Of a stretch of 64,000 bases of DNA, positions 38,021-49,554 are shown one piece after another. The stretch comes from the human T2T-CHM13v2.0 reference genome, Homo sapiens. The translations under genes and the position numbers were made by a program. The notes below the pieces were generated by a model. That model did no database searches. It was not told the DNA's origin and saw only the letters and a program-made list of their open reading frames with translations. Where the stretch lies: assembly GCF_009914755.1 (NCBI RefSeq), contig NC_060935.1; one strand, given 5' to 3'. The stretch's first letter is position 1, and each line of letters opens with the position of its first letter.

Positions 38021-39829
38021 AATGACATTTTTTGTTGTTTATTTGTGGTAGTTGATGTTCATATTTTCCCAAAAAAGCCTCTTCTTATCTTCATCAGCCC
38101 AGATTGCCTGAATTTTTTGCCAGGATATCTTCCCAGTGGAGGGAGACAAGCTAGAATTGGTAGCCACATGCCTTTGGTGCAGATTTCACAAACACTGTGA
38201 TTTTTGGCAAGCAGAGTCTGCCAGTTGCATAGGAACAAGCCTGCCTGATAACATCCCAGTTTAACCATCTCCAAAGCACTTTCATATCCATGCTCAGATT
38301 TGAAAGCCTCACAAGAATCCTGGGAGGTGGGCAAGGCAGGAGCTGGCAGCCCCATTTTATAGACGAAGACACTGAGGTTTAGAGAGTTCCCCTGACTTGC
38401 AGAAGTTAAAATGTGGCCCAGGTTATCTGGTCACAGAGGAGAGCTGCCCCTGTCCTGGGCCACTCAACCTCTCCCACAGGGACAGATCTCAGCCGTGGAG
38501 ATGCTGGAAAGAGCTCTGGAATCCCTGATGAGGGGCTACACCCTAGAGTCCTAAATGTCCCTCTGTAGAATACGATTTTATTCCCTGAGCAGGAGGGATC
38601 TCTTCCTCTCCCTGTGCCAGCGGAGTAGTTTGGGAGTTATAGTGGGAGATCTCTTTAGTATTTAGCAAAATCAGGATTTTAAATTTAATGGTGATTAGGC
38701 AGGGTCCCTTCACACTGTCTATCACCCCCGACAGAGTTAAAACATCAATAACAATGCGGGTCCCAATGGAGATCCTTGTCCCCAGCGTCATGATGTCCAG
38801 GGAGCCTGGTTATGGATGTAGCCAGCTGTCTCACTGACTCTCTCCTTTGGGTTTAGCCTCACCTGCCAGCTCACTGGGTGTAAACAGGAGGTGGAGGGGT
38901 TCTTGCTGTGTGTTATGTATTTATTCATGGGTTTACTTAGTTGCTTCTCTACAAAACCAAACATTGCCCCCTTTTTACCTCTTCTTCCCAAAAGTTACTT
39001 TCAGAGTTTGCCAAGAAGCCTGGAAAGTTGTTATGGCTTCAGGAAGGCCCAAAACACAACCGAAAAACAAAAACCAAAAACACAGTGCAGCAATATTAAA
39101 CAGCATTGTGGAAAGAACTGCCCTGTAAAATGGCTTTTGTGTTGGCCAGCTCCCTTCCATAGCGGGTAGACTATTAAATGGGTGTAGCCAGAAGGAATGG
39201 GCCATTTTGCCGTCTACTCTCTTCCCTTACTATTCTATCATAAGCATTTTCCTTGTTGCAGCACATTAAATTATGGTGTATGCACCAGTAGAATTTTAGA
39301 CAGTCATGAAAAAAATGATTATTACAAAGAACAGATTGTTTCTTGGAATGCACCTTCCTGATGAGGCAGCACCCTTTCTCATTCTGTGCTTTGTAAAAAT
39401 TGCAAACTGGCTACCAGGCCTCAGATGTCCCCCAGAGCTCCCTGTCTGAGGACAGAGCAAGGTAGAAATCATCTCAAACCAAGCTGAGCCCTGTGGTCTG
39501 GAGTGTCCCAGCCACAGGCATAGTATGCACCCTGCCCAGACCCCTGGCAAGCCCCTATGCCCAGTCCCCCCTTCACACTCATTTTTGGGTTGGTGCTGCT
39601 TTCTAGTTTTTCTCTCTGATCTGTTACTCTCCTAGAACGTAAGGGCCTGGGAGGCAGGAATCTCAGTTTATCAGACTCTCCCGTTATCCTTGTATAATAT
39701 TTGCATTAATGGGGACAATGATGGTGTTGATGATGGTAGGAGGAAGTTTAGTGCCTGGTAAAGCACTTTGGGACCCACAGACTGGAGTTAGGTCCCAGGA
39801 CCCTCACTGACCATCTTGCTTTGACGCTT

Positions 39830-40020
39830 TTGACCTTGACTTACACGAGCATCATCTCTGATCCTCATCACTGCTTTGAGATGGTGAAATTATCATCATC
39901 CCCATTTTTGAAGTTGAAGAAACTGAGGCACAGTTTAAGTAGCTGCTTCCAATGTGATAGAGTGAATGAGGGTTAGAGAAACCTGGATTCAAAGCCTGCC
40001 TCCACCCGCTACTGTCTGAT
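39830..40020 (-). mobile_element. MIR
   Basis: atccccatttttgaagttgaagaaactgaggcacag. Confidence 0.75.
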
Positions 40021-43000
40021 GCTGGCAAGTTTTGCAACCTCTCTGCACCTCCCTGTCCTCAGCCAGCCCCTGCACGGGCTTAATAAATTCTAACCACTCA
40101 TCCCTTCCCACATGCTGTGAGCAAATAACTGCTTGGGAGCTACTGGGCTCCGGGCAGAGAGCAGCTCTGCCTGAGTCACTCCGGAGCAACTGGTATTGAT
40201 TGGGTGGGCACACCACCAGTGGCTGGCAGGGTGGGCCCCTAACCTCTGCCACCCCCGCCTAGGCCTCTTGTTCCTCTGTCTCCAATCTCATCCCACCATG
40301 GCTGTGAAGAACAAGCCCACCTTCCTGCCTCATGCCCTTCTCTGGGTCCTCTCAGCCACAGCAGCCCCCAACCTGCATTTTCACCCTCCTCCAAACAGGC
40401 ACTCCATGGAGGGTCTGCCCTCAGCCCTGCATTGCTGAGAGAGCCACACTGGAGGCAGGGGACAACTGAGGGGTCCTAGACAGGATGCTCTCAGGAGATG
40501 GCAGCCAGGAGAGGGGTGGGGTCAGCAGGATGATGAGGAAGGGACCGGCTGAGGGGGCCGAGGAGACAGAGCCCACAGGGCAGGGAGGAAGGGGGAGGCA
40601 GGGGCCTAGGACGACCCCCATGGCTTGGTCTTGAGCCCACAGAGGAGCAGGTTTGGGTGGAGAGGTTGAGTTTTATTTCTGATACATCACAGGGAGGCTC
40701 GGGGAGAGCAGGAGCAGGGATCTAATCAACAGGTGCTCAAGAGAGAGGCCTGTGCTAAAGACTGCCTGAGCCTCTCCTGCCCAGTGATGGCCTCGGAGCT
40801 GGGGAGTGGGGGGATTGGAGGGCGGTTGGAGGAGGAGAGGGGAGTGTGCTCTTGGGTGTATTCTGTCCTCCCCTTTAGCCTCTCAGGGCACTTCTGCCCC
40901 TTTCGGGTAGGTCCAGGTGGGGCAGCAGGATGCTAAATCCCCATCCAGTCCAGAAGTCAGCCTCTCACCTTGTGACCTCCTTTGGTAGGAGAACTCTCCA
41001 GTCTGTTTATCCATCCTGACCTTCAACCCATCGAAAGCAAAATATTTGGTTTTTAGAAACTGCCTGTTTGCTTTTCTGCTTCCGGAGGCAGCCAGAGCTT
41101 TGAGAGACCCATCCAGATGTGGGCTTGGAGCAGTCAACCCCCAACCTTTGAGGACTGAGTCTCTCAGAGGGGAGGCGGCCGTCCCTGGGGCCTGAGTCCC
41201 AGAGTGGGCTAGGCTTGCTTCTCCTGAGAGTAGACAGGAGGCAGGAATCCTGGGGATGCTTAGCCCTGCTGGCCCATCTGAGGATGGGAGCAGTGGGCCC
41301 CAGGAACATGTCTTTCCTGCCGGCAAGAGTTGGGAGGAGCTTACTGTGTGTGTGGGGGGGTGGGAAGCCGAGGTGCCCTGGACAAGCACACCTAAGCTGG
41401 GGTCTCAGAGTCATTCTTAGTCCCCGTTCAGGCCACCAATTACTGCTCTGCAGAATTCACATGTGAATTACACACAGCTAAGGGGAAACAGAATCCGGCA
41501 CTCTTAGAGTTTATATTTCCACAAGGAAGAGAAAACTGGCATAATCCTGCCTGCCCTGTTTACCCAGAAGTCCCTAAGATGATCATCTCGTCCACCACCT
41601 CCCTCATCTTCTGAAGAAGGAAATCTGGAGGGTGAAGGGACTTGCCCAGGGTCACACAGCAAGTACCTGAACCCAGGCATCCTGGGTCCTACACAGCAGG
41701 GCTCCCATTACCCCAGGCTGCTCAGAGGAGTTAAAGGAGATGGAAGTGCCTTTGTGTTCGGGTTGTCGATCCTGTATTTCGGGAGAAGAGGCAGGTCTGA
41801 AAGCTCTGGCAGCAGCTGCTGGGTGCCCCAACAGCCAAGAAGCCTGGCAAGGGGTTGTTGACCCCAGAGTCCGGGGTCCCTCCCTCCCTTTCATCGCTGA
41901 CTGTGTGGCCAGGTGAGGCCCGGAGGTGAGGGAAAGCAGGAGTAGATGGGAACTGCCTTTCTGTTTTAAGGCCCCTCTTAAACGGAAGGTGGGGAGGCAG
42001 AGACAAGTCTTAAAGGAGGCCCAGCTTTCTGGGGTTACCTCTGGGCTGCGGCTGAGCCCTGGTCTCTTTCTCAGACCAGCTCTTGAGAAGCCTTGGTTAC
42101 AACCCTGAGAGCTGATCTCTGAGGGTCTGTTACTAGAAGAGACCATTAGCACCATTTTTTTTCCTGCTATTGCATTTTTACGGCCCACAGCTCCTCTGGA
42201 TAGCATTTTGCCCATTAAATCAGATGTTTTGAAAAAAAAGAAAAAGAAAAAAAAAGGCCTGGTAATCATAACCATAAATCATAAGTCACGTTATTGTAAG
42301 TGGATGGCTTCCTGGCTTCCTGGGATCTGTGAATCGGAGGCAGTGTGTGGGAAAGCTTGCTGTAATGAGGCGATGGGGGAGGCCAGGTTTTCCCAGGGGG
42401 GTGTCGTCCACCAGCCAGATACTTCACAGAGCCTTGCTTCTGGATGACTTCCACCTCAGCGAGGGGCAGCACATTCGTGGTGAGGCTGGGGGCGGTGGGT
42501 CGGCGGGGGCACCAGGGAAAAGCGAATCACAAGAGGAGAATGATGTCGGCTGCCCTGAACCCTGCTTGATGTTTCTATGAAGAGGCAGAGCCCCATCCAG
42601 GATGCCCCCAGCTGGGTTTCTGGAGGGTGCGGAGACCTTGGCCAGGATGCCTCCAAGGGCCTGGGGGTTCCTGTGGTCCATCACGCTTGCTTAAGAGCTG
42701 GAGCCCTTGACTGACAAGAGGACAAGAGAACTCACATGGGTATGCAATGGGGGCGCCCAGGCTCCATCAGCAGTGCCTCCGTGATCCAGCCAGTTCTCCT
42801 CTGAGTGTGAATAAAGCCATTGCAGAAGGGTTTAGTAAATCCAAAGAGGAGAATTTTCTAAAGGCGCTGGATACACATAAAATACAAGTGTCTGAGCCCT
42901 TCCGAGAGGGCCTGGGCTCTGAGGAAAGGGAGGAAAAGGATAGCTAAATGTTTATGAGCAAGCAGCAGATCTTACTCCCCAGACGTAAGGAAATGGAAAT

Positions 43001-44164
43001 GGGCACAGAGAGACTCAGGCGCTTGCCCAAGGCTGCACAGCAGCCACAGGCCCAAAGACTCCTCACTCATGCAGTCAAGGATCACCCGTCCTCAGTGGCT
43101 CAGCTAGGGAAAATGTATTTAGCGCTGTTGGGGACTAGGCCCTGCCCTCAGGCCTGGAGGTCTGGAGGATGAAGATACATTCCTGTCCTTCAGAAGCTTG
43201 TGCCATGGCAAGAGAGAAAGACACAATGCAATTATGATGCCAGGCCCGGAGAGCCATGGATTATTCTGGATGTATAGCCATGGTTCATTCTCTGAGGGAG
43301 TTGAGACAGCAGAGGAAAAAAAATACTGCACCAGAAGCAAGAACACAGATTCTGCGAGGGGACAACAGTGGGAGGGGTGGTCTTTGTGTGTGTCGGGGGC
43401 AGGGGAGACGGGGTGGAGGCAGAACTAAGGAGACCCTCCCCTGCACCACGCTTTGGCTGGATCTTGAGGGACACGTGGACATTGATGGGGAACAGAGGAC
43501 TCCGAAGGGCGCTGCCGGGGGTGGAGAAGGTCTGCCGAAAGGCATGGAGGTGCAGAAGGGCAGGGCACAGCCGAACTGCAAGGTGTAGAAGGCCAGCTGG
43601 GAAGGGTTCTGATACCAAAGGATTTTGGACTTTGTCCCACAGGCACTAGGGATGCAGAGACAGATCCTAGGAAGGAGGAGCGTCAGAGTGAGCCAGAAAG
43701 ATCCCTCTAGAAAAGCTTTTCCCACTGTAGTGAGGCTGATGGAGGCAGGAGGCCGGCCAGGAGGCTTTGGCCATGCCCACGAGGAAGGGAATGAGAGTGT
43801 CTGACCTCAGGCACTGGTTGTGGGCACAGAGGGTAGAGGGTAGTGGATGTGGGGAGTGAGGAAGGCGGGTTTCCTGGCTGCCTCTGAGGTTCCAGCATAA
43901 GGAGAACCCAGACAGGCAGGGGCAGTGTTAACTTTAGTCCTTCCTGACCTCCGGCCTGGTCCACCTTTGCTGAACCACCCGGTCTCTCTAAAGCCTGAGC
44001 AATGTAAACACCCAGCTGGGCAGGTTCCAGTCCCCGCTCCCCAACCCCTAGCTGCGCAACTTCGGACAAGTCACTCCCCATCTCTGACCTTCTGGGCTTT
44101 AGTTTCCTTATCTGGAAATGGGATGACCTGGAAGCAGGGCTAACATGAGGATTATAAACTCTGT

Positions 44165-44340
44165 GTTTGTTTCAGATTGGTCCTGGCAGGAAACAAGCTC
44201 ATTCAAATTGGGTAATTGGAAGGGAGTTTTTAAAAGGACTATTTCCAAAGATCTGGGTGGGTGTAGAAAAATCTCAAGGGACAATTCGGTGCCCAGGGCT
44301 GGTGACAGTCATCCCAGTGACCACCCGGAAGCCTATATGG
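44165..44340 (-). mobile_element. ERVL-type LTR fragment (LTR41/LTR67B-like)
   Basis: caggaaacaagctcattcaaattgggtaattgg...ggactatttccaaag; family from memory. Confidence 0.45.
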
Positions 44341-45139
44341 GGAGGGCCACCTGGCAGGGGCTGGGGCTGGGGCTGCAGCAGCCTCCCTCTGACCATTCAG
44401 ATGGGGAGCCCTGGTCCCTGGGCTTCAGTGGTCTATACCCCAGGAGACTGAGTGTGGGTCTCTCCTTGAGTGTGAGAAAAGCAGTGGGCAGCCCCAGCCA
44501 ACAATCAGTCTCATATGGAGGTCATAGGAGATTCACTTTCTTGATCAGCCTCCTAGAACCAGGCCAAATCAGGGGGACAGGCCAAGGGAAGCTGCTGATT
44601 TAAAATTCAAATATGTTCAAAGCCCTCACCCCAGGACCTGAAGTTCCCTTTTCCACTTTCTATGCCCCATCTCTCTCTCCTGCTTCTTTTCTTCCCTCCG
44701 TCTCTGTCTTTCCTCCTCCACTCTGTACCTCCCTTCCACCTTTCTCCTCTTCCTCTTCCTTCCTCCTCTCTTCTCTCTCTGGCCTTCTCTCCCTATCCCC
44801 CACCTCTGACCTTACTTAACAGCCAACACCGTCCAAGAGACACTCCTCAGTCAGAATCGCCCTCACTTTTTGACTTCACATTTGTGGACCTTGGCCTGAG
44901 GGAGATGTGGTGTTGTGCAGGTGTTGGGGGCCCCAGTCACCCTGGTGGCTGTGTCTAACACACGGAGGCTCTTGGGGAATCCAGAGAGGTGTAGAGCCTT
45001 AGCCTTCCATTTCCACCAGCAGTTCTTGACCATCCGCAGTAACTGGCCGAGTCAGTGCCTGGCTGCCCAGCACTGTCTGGACATCAGTGGGATGATGGTC
45101 AGTCCTGGGGAGGAAGCAGCTGCTCCATGAGAAAGAGTA

Positions 45140-45175
45140 TGTGTCTGCGTGTGTGTGTGTGTGCGTGCGTGTGTC
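45140..45175. repeat. (TG)n/(TGCG)n microsatellite
   Basis: Direct reading. Confidence 0.9.
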
Positions 45176-46454
45176 TCTGTTTGTAGGGAGCAGGCCGGGA
45201 TTAGCCAGAACAGACAAACTTTTTCAGGTGAATGATGAACAAGGACAAAAAAGATGGGAACCATTTAAATTGTACCTAGTGTGTGCTAGGCACTGGGCAA
45301 GGGGCTTGCACATACTTTATCTAATTCTCACATTGGCCCTACATGGTTCTACCCATTTTAGAGGTGAGGAAAGCAGTATTGAGGACCAGCTAAAGGCTCG
45401 TGTCTGTGATAGGCTGTGTGAGGACTAGGGAACAAGAGTAAGCGCAGTACAAGTCAACAACACTATTAGTTGGGCACCTACCATGTGTCAGGCACTGGGT
45501 TATAAGGAAGCCTCCATGCTTGTCTGGCACAGTTCCAGAGCAGAGAGAAATGAAGCTGGTGACCAGAGAACCCTGCGACATCAGGAGTGCAGATGACTTA
45601 GGCATCTTCTAGAAGTGCAACTCCTCCATTGAACAGATGGGCAACTGAAGCCCAGAGGGAGGAAGTGTTTTCCCCGAAGCCACATGGCGAGTCCTCTCGT
45701 TCTAGCTCACAACACTGCTTCCAAGGACGTTTCTTCTGCTTCTAGGCTCCCCCTGTTTTGAAGCTGATTTTTATTCCCTCACTTAAACAATTAAGCTTTA
45801 ATACACTAAAAACAGATCATTATCTTCCTAAGGTTTAAAAAGCAAGATTACTATTTGTAACACAAGTAATTAGCTACCTTCTGGTGTTTCCTTACACTCC
45901 TCTTCCCCAAAGGATTATGCTTTTTTATGTTGCAGAGGGCCCAGCAGCTAGATGTGATGGCCAAAGCTGTGGCCCTGGAGGAGGCAGAGGGAGGATCCTG
46001 GGATCTTGGGAGCTGGAAATGCTCCAAGTAGGGAGGAAAGGGGGCTAGGGTTGGCTGTGGGGGATCTGCCTACGTGCAGAGTTCCTCTTTAGGGGTGCGG
46101 GCTTGGTTCTGACGTCACTGGACCATCCCAGCCCAGATTGTTTGTTTCCTGGGCCACATTGCTGCTCTGGATAAAGATGGCCACTGCCTCAGGGATTTAC
46201 GGGGGTGTAAATCAACTGTAACACCAGATGTGGAATCTTCCCATAGAGGATCTTCAAGGGGTCTATGAGCCCTCTGCATTCAAATGAAATGTCTGGATCT
46301 TTTTCTAATTGTTTGGGAATAGGGTCCATGGATTTCATCAGATAATTTTAATGGTAAAAGGAAGATTCATTGATTTTTTTCTTTCATTTGCTTTGTTATG
46401 AAATATGAAGAAGCACATATAAAGTGTATGTGTCTAATGTAGAGAATAATGAAA

Positions 46455-46631
46455 CAGCCAGATGGAAGAGATGCCTACAGTGAGGTAAGGGAGAAGAGGC
46501 GTGGAGCTTCCATGCCCTCTCTGGGCACACTGCCCTCCAGGGACCTCCGTGTGTTCAGCAATCCAGAAACTCTCCAAACCCTGTCGTTCAGGGATTTTTA
46601 TGGAGGCTTCATCACATAGGTGTGGTCACTT
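46455..46631 (-). mobile_element. 177-bp MER21 fragment, copy of 49037-49213
   Basis: Ungapped alignment to 49037-49213 with 18 mismatches counted by hand. Confidence 0.9.
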
Positions 46632-47126
46632 GTGTACCAACCATACAGATGGAGAAATAGGAACCTGTCAATGTCTCGGAAACCTCCTCCCATAGGTCCT
46701 TCAGGATTATACCTCCCTCCTCTCCCCGGAGATAACTATTATCCTAATTTTTGTAAAATTATCATTCCCCTGGCTTGCTTTATAGTTTTCCCACCTGTGA
46801 ATCTATTCCAAAACAACATATTGTTTAATCATGCCCGGTTTTGAACTTCTAGTGGATTTATACTATAAATATATAGGGGATCTTTTGAGGTTTATTCCTG
46901 CCCACGTGTGGACCTATGGTTTTTTCTGTTTCTCTGCACTCTGGTCTTCCGTTACGTGACTCAAGGCAGATCACAGGTTTCTGGACATTTGGGCTGTTCC
47001 TAGGTTTTGACTATTAAGAACAATGTTCCGTGGACATGCAAGAGATTGTTTAAAGAAAATAATTGGGAGTGGAACTGTCAGATCGTGGGGTATGTGCATA
47101 CTCAGTTTTACCAGACAAGCACACAT

Positions 47127-47198
47127 AATTAAGCTTTAATACACCAAACCCAGATCATTATCCTCCTAAGGTTTAAAAAGAAAGATGTCTATTTGTAA
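47127..47198 (+). repeat. 72-bp dispersed copy of 45789-45860
   Basis: Ungapped alignment with 7 mismatches counted by hand. Confidence 0.93.
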
Positions 47199-48035
47199 TC
47201 AAACCATTTTTCAGAGTGTTTCTACCTGTTTACACTCCCACCAGCATGAGAGTACCAGTTCCTCCACATCTTCACCAGTGTTGGTATTGGTAGGTAGATT
47301 CACTTTTGTCAATCCTGCAGGTGTGTCTATGGGCAATGTTTTTGCTAAATTTGCATTTATTTGATGATTAATAAGATCTGACACTTTTAATACATTTATT
47401 GGCCATTAGGGTGTCCTTTATATAAAGTACAGTTCAAGTCTATTACCCATTTTTCTATTGGGTTGTATTGTTTTTAATTTATTGATTCATAAAGTGTTTT
47501 TTGCTGGGTTTCATTTTAATATATTCTAGAAATCAATCCTTGGCAGTTATATGAATTGCAAATATCTTCTCACACCGGGCCTTTTCTTTTGACTTGTATT
47601 CATTGCATTTTCAAAGGGTCCACAAGAGGAAAGGTTGAAAACCATTTTCAATACAGGTCTTATAAACAGGAAGCCCATGAGCCAGAAACCTCAGATTTTT
47701 GTTAAGCTCACTGGTGGTGTTACAACACGTTGAACCAGTAATCAGGAATGTCATGTTACAAGTCAAGATCATTAGCTTCTTTTGAAGTATTAGATGATCT
47801 GGGCCTGCAGTTCCTACATAGCAGTAGCAGGCTCCATCCAAGTGGGGGCTCCAGCTGGAGACAAGGCAGGTCTTCTGGTTCATCCCAGTTCCTATTGCTT
47901 CCCAGGCACCAAGGGTCCAATGTCACTTGCCATCCTTGGGCTGCCCTGGTGGTTTCCTTCCACACTCCTGGTTTCATTGTGCACGTCACACGCAGGAATT
48001 TGCATTTGCATTTGCATTTTGTTAATGCCCTGCAT

Positions 48036-48602
48036 CCCTGCATCTCATTGTACCGTACAGGGCTCTCATTGTCCCTGCATCTCTTCATACCATGCATCTC
48101 ATCATACCATGCATCTCAGCGTACCGTGCATCTCAGCGCACCATGCAGAGCTCTCATCGTCCCTGCATCTCAGCATACCATGCATCTCAGCATATCATGC
48201 AGGGCTCTCATCGTACCATGCATCTCAGCGTACCATGCATCTCAGCATACCATGCAGGGCTCTCATCGTACCATGCATCTCAGCGTACCATACATTTCAG
48301 CGTACCGTTCATCTCAGCATACCATACAGAGCTCTCATCGTCCTTGCAGCTCATCATACCGTGCATCTCAGCATACCATGTAGGGCTCTCATCGTACCAT
48401 GCATCTCAGCGTACCGTGCATCTCAGCGTACCGTGCATCTCAGCGTACCATACAGAGCTCTCATCGTCCTTGCATCTCATCATACCATGCATCTCAGCAT
48501 ACCATGTAGGGCTCTCATCGTACCATGCATCTCAGCGTACCGTGCATCTCAGCATACCATGCAGAGCTCTTATTGTCCCTGCATCTCATCATACCATGCA
48601 GG
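48036..48602. repeat. Composite minisatellite (VNTR) of 17-, 20- and 21-bp units
   Basis: 22 units CCRTGCATCTCAGCRTA plus 9 units CCATRCAGRGCTCTCATCGT(A). Confidence 0.96.
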
Positions 48603-48622
48603 ACTCTATCGATGCCTATGAT

Positions 48623-49554
48623 TGTTATCATAACAGATAGGAAAACCCACATTGCTTTTCCTACTCACACACCACTCACTACAGAGCACTTCACTTCTGC
48701 TCACCAAAATGTGTGTGGGTTTCTCCTCACTAACGACCAGTTCTCCAGGGGAAAATAGATGGGTGTCCTCTAATTCATTTCTGACATTATCTGCCTGGAG
48801 ATGGCATCATATCCCACAAGTTAACGGCTGAGTTCCACAAGACTGCCCCCGACTTCGGATATGAATCGTGAGCTCCAGGCTGTGGCCTGTGCTTCTGGCC
48901 AACCAGCCATAAAGTGGGGGTTCCTATGACTCTCTCTTCAGGTTTAATGACTTTGCTAGAGCAGCTCACAGAACTCAGGGCAATTATTTGTGTTTACACA
49001 TTTATTACAAAGCATGTTACAAAAGATACAGAAAAGCAGCCAGATGGAAGAGATGCCTAGAGCAAGGTAAGAGAGAAGGGGCGTGGAGCTTCCATGCTCT
49101 CTCTAGGGGCACCACCCTCCAGGGACCTCCTTGTGTTCAGCAATCCAGAAACTCTCCAAACCCTGTAGTTCAGGGATTTTTATGCAGGCGCCATCACATA
49201 CGTATGGTCACTTATTAATTTAATCCCCAGGCCCTCTCCTTCCTGGAGGATGAGGAGGGAGCTGAAAGTTTCAAGCCTCCAATTATGACCAGGTCTTTCT
49301 GGGGACCATCCCCCATCCTGAAGTTACCCAGGATCCCAACAAGAGTCACCTAATTAGAACAAAAAATGCCCCTATCACCCAGGAAATTCCAAGGGATTAG
49401 GAGCTCTGTCAGGAACTGGGGTCATAGACCAAACATTATTAGAACAAAAGATGCACCTCACAACCCTTGTTGCTCAGAACATTACAAGGGTTTTAGGAGC
49501 TCTGTGCTTGGAACCAGGGGCAGAGACCAAGTATATATTTCTTGTTACATCACA
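48623..49554 (-). mobile_element. MER21-family solo LTR
   Basis: ccacaagactgcccccgacttc, tttgctagagcagctcacagaactcagg, end gaccaagtatatatttcttgttacatcaca. Confidence 0.88.

Larger units (their letters stand above)
46370..47590 (-). mobile_element. Old L1M(E/D)-type 3' fragment with two foreign inserts
   Basis: ggacatttgggctgttcc, tttacactcccaccagca, cctccacatcttcacca, ttgcaaatatcttctc. Confidence 0.85.

Noticed and set aside
48036-48602. CRISPR-like array
   Set aside because: Units are contiguous with no unique spacers, no cas genes, and the context is primate DNA
47748-48640. ORFs of 211, 275 and 182 aa with His/Cys-rich repeats
   Set aside because: Open only because the VNTR units are nearly stop-free; no splice, promoter or domain evidence, and not a zinc-finger spacing
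49350-49530. Internal direct repeat in the MER21 LTR
   Set aside because: As recalled, part of the family consensus rather than a locus-specific event
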